64,000 bases of DNA from Eledone cirrhosa (GCA_964016885.1 OZ024756.1:29822001-29886000), one strand, 5' to 3'. Shown: positions 44,334 to 59,578, numbered from the stretch's first letter. Translations and numbers: made by a program. The notes: generated by a model not told the origin, from the letters alone.

Positions 44334-44540
44334 CTTTTCCCTCCATCTCACTCTCCCCCCTCTTCCCTTCTCCACCTTTCTGACTCTCTCTCCTCCCTCT
44401 CCCCTTCTCCACCTTTCTGACTCTCTCTTTCTCTCCCCCTCTCCCCTTCTCCACCTTTCTGACTCTCTTTCTTCCCTCTTCTCTTCTCCATCTTTCTGTC
44501 TCTCCACTTCATTATCTCCCCCTTCTCCCTCTCCTTCTCC
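43410..44540. repeat. CT-rich low complexity with a ~38-bp subrepeat
   Basis: ccacctttctgactctctctcctccctctcccctt recurs. Confidence 0.9.
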
Positions 44541-44725
44541 CAGCCGCAGTTTCTCTCACCATCAAACACAGACACTATATTGTTGTGAGCTCAATAGCAA
44601 TACTATAACACAACTATTACTATAAATAACAATAACAGCCAGGAGTTATTACTACAGCAAATACAGGAATTGTCTGTGTCTTGCTTCACAGACATAACCA
44701 GACAAATATATATACATATATATAG

Positions 44726-44921
<196 letters not shown>

Positions 44922-44959
44922 CATATATATATATATATATATACACATATATATATATA

Positions 44960-45049
<90 letters not shown>

Positions 45050-45111
45050 GCAAATATAACAACAAAAACAACTATATAATGTACACAGACATATATATCT
45101 ATACACACATC

Positions 45112-45143
<32 letters not shown>

Positions 45144-45207
45144 CATATATATACATTTATATATATGTATATATATTCATTTATATATATATGCATATAT
45201 GCGTATG

Positions 45208-45276
<69 letters not shown>

Positions 45277-45384
45277 GTATATATATATGCATATATATAC
45301 ATTCATATATTACATATATATATACATATACATACATATACATATACATACATATATAATATATATATATATGTTTATATATAC

Positions 45385-45422
<38 letters not shown>

Positions 45423-45806
45423 TTATATTATATATACATACACATTTATATTAGGAGTTTCATTTATTTTTATATTACGAAAAGGTTTATTTTTGATCGC
45501 ATCTGAAAAAAGTTGGAGGTATTTGCGGCGGCAAAACCTTTTGGTTACCCCAAAATAAGTCAAGCTGTTAATATAAAATATTCTCAACTACCACGTAACG
45601 TGTTTATTGCTCTTTCTGTTTGCCTTACCAAAAGCTGTGCTTTTATATATATATAATTATAAACACACACATAAAGTTCGAAATGCATCGACGATTGTCC
45701 CCCTTGCTTCTGCTGGACACTACCAGAAGGCGTTAAACCTGGTGTTCTAAATATTTATTTATAAACATACCGTGTTTCTTTAGAAAACGAAATTCCAATA
45801 CATACA

Positions 45807-45874
<68 letters not shown>

Positions 45875-45880
45875 TATATA

Positions 45881-46078
45881 TGAAAAGAGTCAGGACGCCG
45901 AGAGCTGAGCTCCGGCCGTTTCGACAGCTAAATCCGAACTGTTCGGATCTAGCTGTCAAAACGGCCGGAGCTCAGTCATCGGGGACCTTAATCTTTTCAT
46001 ATTACCCACTCTACTACTCCAAGTATCGAGTACTTTGGTGCGTTATGGTCCACCTGGTATCTTACCACACACTCTAGC
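45881..46078 (+). mobile_element. Family G element with fold-back
   Basis: Inverted arms around atccgaactgttcggat. Confidence 0.8.
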
Positions 46079-46134
46079 TATATATATATATATATATATT
46101 CGAGGTCATTCGGAGCCAATCCATTAGTTGTGAT

Positions 46135-46445
46135 GTTGTTGCTGTTCCACTGATGTTTTCTGTTTAATTTTGGTTGGAGTTCGTTTATGTTTCTCGCTTC
46201 TGTTCGTTTATGTTTCTCGCTGTCTGAGCGTTGCGTCTTTTCTGCGTGTGGATATAAGTTTCCTCTCTATGTTCTCTACTGTCCATCCGTGTTCTTTTTT
46301 GGCATGTCGGTGGAGTATTGATGAGTTTTTTCCCATCTTGGAGTTCCCGCCAGTGTTCATTTATTCTTTCTCCTATGCTACGGGTTGTCTCACCTATGTA
46401 AGTTGTGTTCTTATTCCTACACTATCCCTCGGCACATCTTATGCT
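46135..46445 (-). pseudogene. Penelope-like GIY-YIG endonuclease remnant
   Basis: Minus strand: SIRCAEG*CRNKNTTYIGETTRSIGERINEHWREL.../SSILHRHAKKEHG...RRKDATLRQ...EARNINELQPKLNRK; YIGET at 46386-46400. Confidence 0.85.
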
Positions 46446-46457
46446 ATGTAGGATAAC

Positions 46458-46787
46458 AATGATTTTTTAGTATAGGCACAAGGCCAGTAATTTGGGGCGA
46501 GGGGAAAGTCGTTACTGGTGCTTTATTTTATCGACGCCGTAAGGATGAAAGGCAACGCTAACCTCGGGGGGGATTTGAACTCAGACCGTAAAGGACCGTA
46601 ACTCTATGTTGCAAAAGCATGGCGTCCGACCCTCTACCGATACTGCCAATCTACCGCCCATACTATGTAGGATAATAATTCGTTTCTACTTTTGGAACAA
46701 GGCCAGCAATTATCCCAGTGCATTACTGGTACTTTATTTTATCGGCCCCGTAAGGATGAAAGGGCAAAGTTAACCTCGGCGGGATTA
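46458..46787 (-). mobile_element. SINE family 1 dimer between the two GIY-YIG pieces
   Basis: Family homology; linker catactatgtaggataataatt. Confidence 0.88.
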
Positions 46788-46878
46788 AGAAGACAACTTA
46801 CATAGGTGAGACAGCCTGTTGCATAGGAGAGAGGATAAATGAACACTGGCGAGAACCCTAAGATGGGAAAAAAATTAA
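46788..46878 (+). pseudogene. Inverted partial copy of the GIY-YIG fragment
   Basis: KKTTYIGETACCIGERINEHWREP*DGKK. Confidence 0.8.
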
Positions 46879-46904
46879 TCTTATGGAGTCATAAGGTTGC
46901 TCCT

Positions 46905-47142
46905 CCACCACCGCCACGGCGGCGGCGACGACGACAGGAATAACTACCAACGCTAACAACTGTGATAACAATAGCGGTGTAGCACAAACAGTAACAACAA
47001 CAGCAACACCTACACATATCAACAACAACAATAGCAACAAGAACAACAACAACAACAACAGCAACAGCGGCAGCAGTAACAGCATCATCATCATCATCAA
47101 AAGCAGCCAAAACAACAACACCAACAACAACTACAACAAAAA

Positions 47143-47180
<38 letters not shown>

Positions 47181-47307
47181 ACAACAACAACGACAACAAC
47201 AGCAACAACAACAACAACAACAACACCACCTACAACAACAACAACAACAACAATAGCAACAAGAACAAGAACAACAACAACAACAACAACAGCGGCAGCA
47301 GTTACAA

Positions 47308-47339
<32 letters not shown>

Positions 47340-47380
47340 ACGACAACAATAACAGCGGCAACAACAACATCAAAAGCAGC

Positions 47381-47433
<53 letters not shown>

Positions 47434-47446
47434 CTACAACAAAAAA

Positions 47447-47499
<53 letters not shown>

Positions 47500-47540
47500 A
47501 CAACAACGACAACAACAGCAACAACAACAACAACAATAAG
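46905..47540. repeat. (CAA)n/(CAT)n trinucleotide arrays
   Basis: Direct reading. Confidence 0.95.
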
Positions 47541-47754
47541 CACTGACAATAGGAATACCACCCACCCAACCCCACAACAATGGGGCAAAAAATATTTTCG
47601 TTCTATTTTCTATTTTTAATCATAAAATGATTTTGACCAAATATGATCCAAGATGGAAGATAATTGGAAACAGATAGACATTTCAGATAGACACATGCAC
47701 GCATTCATAGGTACACACACACACATACATACATACATATATATATATATACAT

Positions 47755-47829
<75 letters not shown>

Positions 47830-48049
47830 TATGCACACACACACACACACATATATACATGTACATATATATATATATATACACACGCACATACACGTAC
47901 ACGCATACATATATATATATATATATACACAAAGATAAATTATATTTGTGTATACACACACACACACACACACACATATATCTGTATGTGTGCGTGTATG
48001 TGTATGTGTATGTGCGCACATACACGTACACGCACACACCCACACAAAT

Positions 48050-48093
<44 letters not shown>

Positions 48094-48302
48094 AGATTAT
48101 TTGTATATGTGGACACACATAAATATATACATACATGTATATATATATATGCACACACACACACATATATATACACATACAAAGATGAATTGTATGTTTG
48201 TAACTTTGATCCTTTCTATTATTATGTGGTAAATATAGAAATTTGACATAGAGCGATGGAGAGAAAGTGGGAGGGAGAGAGAGACAGAAGGAATGAAGAC
48301 AA

Positions 48303-48334
<32 letters not shown>

Positions 48335-48442
48335 AGTGTGTGTTTGAGAGATAGAGAGATAGGAGGTGGAGAGGAAGAGAGAGAGAGAGAGAGAAGAGAC
48401 AGAAAGTATGAAGACAAAGAGAGTGAGAGAGAGAGTGTGTTT

Positions 48443-48481
<39 letters not shown>

Positions 48482-48619
48482 GAGGTGGAGAGGAAGAGAG
48501 AGAGAGAGAGAGAAGAGACAGAAAGTATGAAGACAAAGAGAGTGAGTGACAGAGAGAGTGTGTGTGTGAGAGAGAGAGAGAGTCAGAGAGTGTGATAGAG
48601 AGATAGGAGGTGGAGAGGA

Positions 48620-48650
<31 letters not shown>

Positions 48651-49746
48651 GAAGAGACAGAAGCTATTAAGACAAAGTTAGTGAGAGAGAGTGTATATGT
48701 GTGCGTGTGAGAGAGAGAGAGAGAGGGAGGGAGCGAGAGATAGAGAGAGAGGAGGTGGAGAGGGAGAGAGAGACTGTGATAATAATAAATGATAAAGGGG
48801 GAGGAAAAGATGGGTCGATAAAGGGGGAAAGTTTGTGTTTGATCTAGAGAATCAGCTCAGCTATACAGTTATATACCGCCATCTTGTATTTCAGATAAGA
48901 ACTTACATCACTAAATGTTTATGCAAGTAAAAAACTGTCTGATGAGATCGTATCAGAAGATTACATAGCAGATACCATTGAAATGCGTATAATGGTGATT
49001 ACGCAATAAATAGAAAGTGGTGAAATTCAAACATACTGCCTTCTAATTCATTATTATAAAGTTATATACATACAGTACACAATACATGTATACATACATA
49101 CATGTATGCATACATACATACATGAAGCTTTACCCCTCTCTCTCTGTATATATATATATATATAAATGAAAGGTATAGAAAACATTGTAGCGAAAAGCCA
49201 ACAGTATTCCATAATATATAAGTGACTATAGCGTCAAAATGGGAAAAATAGTTAACGTAAGATGTGGGAAAAATAATTCAAACTCATCTCAAAGAGAATC
49301 AGGATATAGATTCATCCACAGAATTTAGTGAAATCCAGGGAAAAAATCAATAGAGCCTTAACCCATGATAAAATAAAGTTTAAAATACTCATCCTTCAAT
49401 TTGGAAAAACTTCAAATGCTCTGTATAGTCTTAAAGACTATTTCACGAAAACTTTCAGTGGAGATGGTCACGGCTGGAATTCGATCCTCAGCAGAGCTCA
49501 ACTCGATAACCAAGATTCTCACAGATTAATATGCCAAAAAGGTAATTTAAAAACAGACTAGTTCACCATCATGCGTGATTATGAAAAATAAAACGCTCAT
49601 GTGGAAAGACATGGCTGGTGACGTCAGAATAAGACGAATGTTTGTTTACAAGAAACAGCAGTCAAAAAACATTCCGAAAAAAACTCTACAATAAGGAGTT
49701 CAGCAAAAAGCAATATTATCGCGGTTTTTTATAAAAAAATACCGGG

Positions 49747-49788
<42 letters not shown>

Positions 49789-49928
49789 TAAATAATATAT
49801 ATATTGTTATACTTTGGGAGAGTCATGCTGACAATAAAAACACACGCACGTGTTGTATTTTCACTTCAGTTTTTTATAAATTTCCGGTTGTTTGGTTGGT
49901 TCAATAACAGGATAGTTGTTTATATATT

Positions 49929-49971
49929 GTCAAAGCTGTTTCGTCACACATTCTGTGACCTCCTCAGTGAC
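49929..49971 (-). ncRNA. Type I hammerhead (family F), second copy
   Basis: Minus strand: GTCA-CTGAGGA-G-GTCACA gaatg TGTGAC-GAAA-CAGC-TT^TGAC; stem III imperfect. Confidence 0.6.
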
Positions 49972-50354
49972 TAGGTTTTTATTTTGTGTCCATCCTTTGT
50001 TCTGTCCTACACCATCTTTATTTATAAGTTGGCGAAATCACAATACCACGAGGTGCTTCACACAATGTATTGAGCTGCAACATTATACCACTCAACATCC
50101 TACTCAATGCTACCTGGGGTTAAACAGATGTAGAGTATATTTCTACGAAATTCGGTAGTGAAGTGGCAAAATTTGAACAAATTCATCAGGGCAATCAACA
50201 ATAGTTCAATATGATCATCAACTTAACGATCATCAAATCATCCAATAATGACCTAATGAAAATTATTGATATATCCCACAACTTAATTATGGTCATTAAC
50301 AAAAATTAATACAGATAACATTAATCAATTAGTAATCGGATCTGTCAATACATA

Positions 50355-50515
50355 GGCGGCGAATGGATAGAGTCGTTAGAATATCAAATAGAATACTTTA
50401 TGATGTTCGTTCTGGCTCTCTGGTCTCGGAGTTCAAATCCCGCCGAGGTCAACTCTGCCTTTTATCCTTTCGAGGTCGATAAAAAACGTACCAGTCTAGT
50501 ACTGGGATCGATTCT
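50355..50515 (+). mobile_element. Older subfamily related to SINE family 1
   Basis: gagttcaaatcccgccgaggtcaactctgccttttatcctttcgaggtcgataaaaaacgtaccag. Confidence 0.75.
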
Positions 50516-50699
50516 TCCTCTATATCTCTTTCTCGTTTCCTTTCTCTCATTTTCTATCTTTCTCTGGAAGAAATCTGCTGTACCCAGATCTGGAGATAGA
50601 GGGATGGGCTTCGCTAGGCTTAAAATGCCAAAGAAACGCCGTATGTCAATACGGTGCCCCTATGACACCACCATGAGTTACAGGACCGGACATACATAC

Positions 50700-50738
<39 letters not shown>

Positions 50739-51433
50739 ACCAGTTTAGTCTAGCAAGACCATGCTCAGTTAAGTAACCAATACTTGGAAAAGTAAAGTGT
50801 ATGTATTGCAAAGATTTAGTGCCCGACGGCTGAGCTCATTCACCTCGTTACGCCAAAAAAGAATTTCTAGATGACAATTCAAAGTAAGAGTTGGAGGGAA
50901 AGAATGTAATCTGGGTCTCTGAGAAACCCCCTTGACTCTACAATGATGGAAGGTTGGAAAGCTTGCTTATGTTAATTAATATGGCGCTCGGGGAATAAGT
51001 ATTACTAGATGATAATAAAAATTGTGGCAGGAATCCAAGAAAGGCTGGAATTGAAAGAACCGAAGGTGACCTGTGTCACTGAAACTCAGTAGTTTTTCAG
51101 AGGTAAATAAATGTTCTGTATTAGCTCAACACATCATTTTGAAGGCGATCACTTCTGTCATATGCTAGTATTTCTCCTCTGGGAAACTTCACCATTACAA
51201 TCGTACTAACTTCCGGATTTGTTCCTGTTATTCTGTTATTCTCATAGAAATGTTTTGTAGAAATGTTTTGATCAATGACAGCGAACGCTTGGTCACATGT
51301 TTTTGTCAATGTCTTCTACTATCGACACACAAACACATGCACAGACACCTCTCTCCCACAAACACGTACATATACACACACAATATGTACATATGTATGC
51401 GCATGTGGATATATATATATGTATATATATATA

Positions 51434-51553
<120 letters not shown>

Positions 51554-51608
51554 TATGTATATATATATATGTATATGTATATATATATAAATATATATAT
51601 ATATATAC

Positions 51609-51662
<54 letters not shown>

Positions 51663-51774
51663 GTATGTGTATATCTTATTGGCGTCCATATATTATTTCC
51701 TTTCGTCACATCATCCATTTCATATTTTTATTTATTTCTCTCCATGATTTGTGGCGTGTTTATATATTTCCCAA

Positions 51775-51842
<68 letters not shown>

Positions 51843-51991
51843 ATATACATACATATATAATATATATATACATATAATACATACATGTATATATATATAT
51901 GTACATATACATACTTATATAATATATACATACCTATTATATATATATATACACACACATATATATATATGTATATATATATACATACATA

Positions 51992-52146
<155 letters not shown>

Positions 52147-53147
52147 CAGCTCACAACTCTTGGTCACATCTTTTGTTATTCTTATCTCCATGTGTTGTAT
52201 ATATTTAATTATTTGTGCTGTGACTATAATTTTCATTATCACTGTTCACTAGCGTTCTTATTATTTCCCTTGCTCAGAGTAACCACGTTGTTTTGTTTTT
52301 TTTCCATCTTTCCACGATATATTTTCGAATTGTATGTTGCCACTAGAATATCTATAGCAACACTGGCTCTACAAAATGTTTATGGCTAGTACATTTTGCT
52401 CACATTGCACATCTTGCTTGCAGCTTGCACATCTTGCTTACATTCATTGTCTGACAACCGAAGCTTCACCAGCGACATACGTTTTGTGTTGACACGGATT
52501 TTAACGAAAAGCTGGATCACTGGAAAAGTATAATCCCTTCCACGAGCGAGCATATCTTATAGGTTGGTATGTATTTTTTAGTTTCTTTTAATCCTGGATT
52601 TATAGGAATGAATATCTGAGCTTAACACTTTGATATTGCAGCCTACGAAGCCCCCCAAAAAGGGTAGAAACGGCAATTTATACAAGTTAAATCGCTGGAC
52701 ATTTGAACAGAAGAAGCCATGTTAATCTTTACTTCTGATATCCAATATGGCGGAAGGCAAGAATAAGGAAAGAAAGACAGAAAGAAAGAAAATATGGAAA
52801 TGAAAGTAATTCGTGTAAGAAGAAAAAGTAAAAACGTGAAAAAGTAGAGTGAGAGAAGATAACGTAAAATAAAAGCCAAGGACATGGTATTTCAGGTTGC
52901 AAATATAGCATATATATATATATATATATATATAAACATATATAAACATATATATATATATATAAACATATATATATATATATATATTTCGTTTCTGAAT
53001 TTGTTTAGCAAGATTCTTTATCTGAAAACGTGTGTTGAAACCGATATTTTATACTTTGGGAGGGTCATGTTGCCAATAAGAAACACACACATATATATAT
53101 GTATATATATTTATATGTATGTATATATATTTATACATATATGTATG

Positions 53148-53216
<69 letters not shown>

Positions 53217-53489
53217 GTATACATATATATATATGTATTATATATATACACATATATATATATATATATACACATATATATATATGTATACACAGACACA
53301 CACACATACACACACATATATATATAAACATATATTCAGGCAGTGCATTGGCAAAGTGGTTAGAACGGAAGATAGAATACTCAGGTTTTCTGAACATTAT
53401 GTTGTTCCATACATTTATCCTTACATTATGAGGTTCCATACTCTTATTCTCTTGTTCTATTACTATCTTATTCTTGAATTATCTCAATG

Positions 53490-54135
53490 TGCTGGATTGG
53501 CAGTATTGGTAGAGGGTCGCACACCATGCTTTGCAGCATCGAGTTACGGCCCTTTATGATCTGAGTTCAAACCTGCCGAGGTTAACTTTACCTTTCATCC
53601 TTACGGGGTCAATAAAATAAAAGACCAGTAATGTACTGGGGTCGATTTAATTGACTTTCCTCTCCCCCCACAATTGCTGGCCTTGTGCCTATATAAGAAC
53701 CCATTCTTGGGTTATCTCTATCTTCACCCTTTCATATTTACATCTTTTATAGTTCTCTTATCATTTCCTCTTCTCCCCCCTCTCTTCCGCTTCTCTGCAC
53801 CCCCGCTCCCACACCCATGCGCTACACCACTCCCCCATTCGTCCATTCCTCCACTTCTCCACTCCTCCGCCACTCTGCAAAGCATGGCGTCCGACCCTCT
53901 ACCGATACTGCCAATTTACCGCCCATACTATGTAGGATAATAATTGTTTCTACTTTTGGCACAAGGACAACAATTATCCCAGTGCATTACTGGTACTTTA
54001 TTTTATCGACCCCGTAACGGTGAAAGGCAAAATTAACCTCGGCGGGATGATAATAATATTAATTGGTCGATAAAATAAAGTACCAGTAATGTACTGGTTA
54101 ATTGCTGGCCTTGTGCCAAAAGCAGAAACAATTAT
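53490..54135. mobile_element. Cluster of SINE family 1 copies and fragments in both orientations
   Basis: 53490-53700 (+), 53875-54048 (-), 54065-54135 (+). Confidence 0.85.
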
Positions 54136-54314
54136 TATGGCTCCCGCCCCATCTGGAAGGTTTATACTTTTATTGCTTGCCGAATTAGCGCAGATCTGCA
54201 TACCTCGGAAATGTGTACAGTGTGTAAAATAAGTATGTATGTATGTATGTATGTATGTATGTATGTATGTATGTATGTATGTATGTATGTATGTATGTAT
54301 GTATGTATGTATGT

Positions 54315-54920
54315 CAGGTCACCAGTTGGTGCTACTGGTAACATGTATCCCAGTACAACCTGTCTCATGGTCGGGTCGTTGGCGACTAAACTGGCAACCC
54401 CACCAAGGTTTCTTGGTGAGGAGGGTGACTTTGGACATCCTGCAGGACTAAAAACAAAACCTGTCGAAGGGTAAAGGAGCTCTTAAGAGTCAATGGCCAT
54501 CCAAAATCACCGGGAGAGATGACCCCTTAGTCTTTGTCAAGGCAGAATTCTAGGAGAAGGAAAACTCTGATATAACAGCTGCAACCCTGATGGTATCCAA
54601 TGATGTTGACTTGTTCTTCTTTTTGGTAAATATCATCTTGGTTAAGAGAGTGGGACTGGCTTTGTGCAGTGCCTTTGCTCACTATAAAAGCTTCACGGCA
54701 CAGGCATTGCTTTATATCTGGAGATATCTCTGTCTTATCGTCACATGGTACCATGGGCCCAGCACTATGTGTCAATAATTGTCAAGAGTGTAGTGTTTGT
54801 ACCAGAGTTTTCAAATCGCTGGCTGGACTAAAAAGTCACACTCGTTCAGCGCATCGGTAGGGGTTCTCCTACATGGTTATAAAGTAGTGGCCGTACTCGA
54901 AAACGAGTTGGCAGCCACCA
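54315..54920 (+). mobile_element. Bipartite RTE-derived element flanked by (TATG)n
   Basis: Non-coding 5' part joined to a 3' end encoding CSVCTRVFKSLAGLKSHTRSAH (C2H2 finger); relatives at 58886-59450 and 63505-63930. Confidence 0.7.
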
Positions 54921-55323
54921 TGTATGTATGTATGTATGTATGTATGTATGTATGTATGTATGTATGTATGTATGTATGTATGTTCTTCTGGTTTTATAAT
55001 TTCACAATTTTTTGCCAATAGAGAGAGAGTCGGTTTCTAACATAGCCACAAGACTCTCTCATTGGAATTTACACAGCATCAACTAGGTAGATATGTATGC
55101 ATGTCTGCATGCATGTGTGTGCAGGAATGGATGTTACTGTATGTGTGGAAGTAGATGTTTTGAGTTGTATGTGTGACAATGTATATGCTTTGTATCTGTA
55201 TATGTGTATATGCAGTTATTCGATGCAAAATGTTTGGAATGTTTTACATATTTTTACTGTTCCATTAATGGATTGTACTTGTAATTTCCTAACTAGTTGT
55301 TACTAACATATCCCAGTGCCCCA

Positions 55324-55356
<33 letters not shown>

Positions 55357-55512
55357 TGTATGTATGTATGTATGTATGTATGTATGTATGTATGTATGTA
55401 TGTACGTATGGACTAGCGTCTGAAACGTTAAGACCCTCTTCCTGTTATATCAAGCGTTAACCTAATAAATCCCTTCCATATACTGTACTGATTGTGTTGT
55501 CATTTCTATTTA

Positions 55513-55595
<83 letters not shown>

Positions 55596-55596
55596 T

Positions 55597-55631
<35 letters not shown>

Positions 55632-55697
55632 ATGTGAATAAAATTAGTCCTTCATCAGTGATCTTCTAACCTTCATTGGTATGTCTTCGCTTTAAAG

Positions 55698-55792
<95 letters not shown>

Positions 55793-55796
<4 letters not shown>

Positions 55797-56112
55797 GGTG
55801 TGCTTTCATCAGATAAAATATAATATAGAGCAGTTTTATGAATAAATATTGACATACCCTTAAAGAATGCAACCATTTAAGGGTATGTCAATATTTATTT
55901 ATAAAACTGCTCTATATTATATTTTATCTGATGAAAGCACACCATAATTTAACTTGGTGTCCTTGAAATATGTATAATGAAATAAATATGGTTTTATAAA
56001 TATAGTTTCCATTTGTTAATATCGTATTTTACTCCAAATATTTGTTGAGTGCTTTATATCAGTTATAAAAATATTTGCTTGTTGCATCCCAACAATTTAA
56101 ATATAACTTTTA
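55793..56112 (+). mobile_element. Family B element with 5' fold-back hairpin
   Basis: Arms 55793-55864 and 55877-55947. Confidence 0.85.
55920..55984 (+). ncRNA. Type I hammerhead ribozyme (family B)
   Basis: TATTTTAT-CTGATGA-AAGCACACCA..TGGTGTCCTT-GAAA-TATGTA-TA^ATGAAATA. Confidence 0.82.
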
Positions 56113-56236
56113 CATATATATATATATATATATATATAGTAACACTTGAAGACTCATTTATCATACGCAATCATGAACACACACACACAAACACACGCAC
56201 ACACACACGTACACACACAAACATACACACACACGT

Positions 56237-56277
<41 letters not shown>

Positions 56278-56420
56278 TACCCCCGCACACACATATAAGC
56301 AGCCATTGATTTCTAACAGTACTTTATGATCTATTGGTTTTAAAATGACACTGTTTGGCCTTTAGAAATAATTAATTTAACCTTTACCAACTGACGAAGA
56401 ATCATATGCTATATGCAATG

Positions 56421-56627
<207 letters not shown>

Positions 56628-56690
56628 TTATATATATATATTCACACACACACACATATATATATACACATATATAAATGTATATATATA

Positions 56691-56802
<112 letters not shown>

Positions 56803-56904
56803 CAAATGCATACTTACTAACACAGATGTATATTTGTATGAATATATATATATATAAATATATATATATGTATATATACATATATACATATATACATATA
56901 TACA

Positions 56905-57001
<97 letters not shown>

Positions 57002-57264
57002 GTATGTATATATATATATATTTCGATATATGTGTGTACACATATCTATATCTATATCTATATCTATCTATCTATATATATTTGTGTGTCTATATGTTTA
57101 TATATATAGACACATACACACACACATATATATGTATATGAGTGTGAGTGTATGTATATGTGTGTGTGTGTGGATGAGTGAGTGTATGTAATTGTTAGTT
57201 GATCTAAAGGACGATATAAAATAGCTGACATCTATTGCACTATGGTGTAATGTGTTGTAATGTA

Positions 57265-58762
57265 TTGGTGGTGGTGGTGGTGTGGTGGTGTGGTGGTGTG
57301 GTGGTGGTGGTGGTGGTGTGGTGGTGGTGTGGTGGTTGTGTGGTGGTGGTGGTGGTGTGGTGGTAGTGCTGGTTACTGGTGGTGGTGGTAGTGGTGGTGG
57401 TGGTGTGGTGGTGGTAGTGCTGGTTGTTGGTGGTGGGGCTGGTAGTGCTGGTTGTTGGTGGTGGTAGTGGTGGTTGTGTGGTGGTGTGGTCGTTAATGGT
57501 GGTGGTGGTAGTGGTGGTAGTGGTGGTAGTGGTGGTGGTGGTGGTAGTGCTGGTTGTTGGTGGTGGGGCTGGTAGTGCTGGTTGGTGGTGGTGGTGTGGT
57601 GGTTGTGTGGTGGTGTGGTGGTTAATGGTGGTGGTGGTAGTGGTGGTAGTGGTGGTAGTGGTGGTGGTGGTGGTAGTGCTGGTTGTTGGTGGTGGTAGTG
57701 GTGGTTGTGTGGTGGTGTGGTGGTTAATGGTGGTGGTGGTAGTGGTGGTAGTGGTGGTAGTGGTGGTGGTGGTGGTAGTGCTGGTTGTTGGTGGTGGGGC
57801 TGGTAGTGCTGGTTGGTGGTGGTGGTGTGGTGGTTGTGTGGTGGTGTGGTGGTTAATGGTGGTGGTGGTAGTGGTGGTAGTGGTGGTAGTGGTGGTGGTG
57901 GTGGTGGTAGTGCTGGTTGTTGGTGGTGGGGCTGGTAGCGCTGGTTGGTGGTGGTGGTAATGGTGGTGGAGGTAGTGGTGGTGGTAGTGCTGGTTGGTGG
58001 TGGTGGTAGTGGTGGTGGTGGTGGTGTTGGTGGTGGTGGTGGTGCGGTGGTAGTGCTGGTTGCTGGTGGTGGTGGTAGTGGTGGTGGTGGTGTGGCGGTG
58101 GTAGTGCTGGTTGTTGGTGGTGGGGCCAGTAGTGCTGGTTGGTGGTGGTGGTGGTGGTAGTGGTGGAGGTGGTGGTGGTGGTAGTGGTAGTGCTGGTTGG
58201 TGGTGGTAGTGGTGGTGGTGGTGGTAGTGGTGGTGGTGGTGGTGTTGGTGGTGGTGGTGGTAGTGCTGTTGGTGGTGGTGATGGTGGTGGTGGTGGTGGT
58301 GTTGGTGGTGGTGGTGGTAGTGCTGGTGGTGGTGGTAGTGATGGTGGTGGTAGTGGTGTGGTGGTAATGCTGGTTAGTGGTGGTGTTGGTGGTGTTGGTG
58401 GTGGTGGTAGTGCTGGTGGTGGTAGTGGTGGTGGTGGTGGTGTTGTGGTGGTGGTGGTGGTGGTGGTAGTGCTGGTGGTGGTGGTGGCAGTTGTGCTGGT
58501 TGCTGATGCTCTGGTGGTGGTGGTGGTGGTGGTAGTGGTGGTGGTAGTAGTGGTGGTGGTGGTAGTAGTGGTGGTGATAGTGGTGGTAGTAGTGGTAGTG
58601 GTAGTGGTAGTACTGGTTGTTGTTGCAGTGGTTGTGATGGTGGTGGTGGTGGTAGTGGTGGTTGCTGTCGGTGTGGTGGTGAAGGTGGCGGTGGTAGTGC
58701 TGGTTGTATTTGCAGTGGTGGTGGAGGTGGTAGAGGTTGTTGATCTTGGGGTGGTGGCGGCG
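57265..58762. repeat. (GGT)n-rich low complexity with higher-order repeats
   Basis: Direct reading. Confidence 0.92.
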
Positions 58763-59516
58763 GCGGACAGACTACGTGACCTACTGAAAAATGACAGACA
58801 ATACAAACAGGGATGGTGAGACCTACACAAAGTTTGTATAAGGGACGTCTATGTGTCTGTGTATGTAGGTATGTATGTATATGACAAAGGGCGGAAAAAC
58901 TCATAAGAATCAACGGCCATCCAAAATTGTGTAAATATGTATATACACATGTACATATGTATATATATGTATATGTGTATATACATGGGTGCATGTGTAT
59001 GTATATGCGCGGGGACATAGAAATGGTCGGGCTGGACACTCGATCGCGCGTTTAAACCACTGTGAGTGTAGAAATACTTGGTATGGTAGTGATTTTGGAC
59101 TCCCTACGGGATGAAAAACACAACCCGTCAAATGGCTAAGGAACTCCTAGTCTTCATTAAGATATTTCTGTAGGAGAAGGTCCCTCTGATATAAAACCTG
59201 CGACTTCCTTTGCATCCAGTGTTGTAGATTAGTTCTTCTTTTTGAGTAAATGCATTCGATGTTCAGAGAGTGGAATTGGCCCCGTGCAAAGCCTTTCCTC
59301 ACTTAGCTTCAAGCACAGGCATCGCTTGATATATGACATTCTTTGCGATGTATGGTATTGCTGGTCACAGGGAAGTCCCTAGCTGGACTAAAAAACCACG
59401 CCCATGATGCGCATGCTTAAGTATGAAGCGATGGCATTACTCGAAATCTACTACACCAAGTATCTAGTACTCTGTTGAGTAATGATGGTCAAAATAGCTT
59501 TAGACTTGTTCTATCT

Positions 59517-59578
<62 letters not shown>

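Noticed and set aside
48935-48972. CTGATGA-GATcgtATC hammerhead candidate
   Set aside because: GAAG instead of GAAA and no stem III
54790-54860. Host C2H2 zinc-finger gene exon
   Set aside because: Single finger within a dispersed repeat that ends in a (TATG)n tail; fits a LINE ORF2 C-terminus
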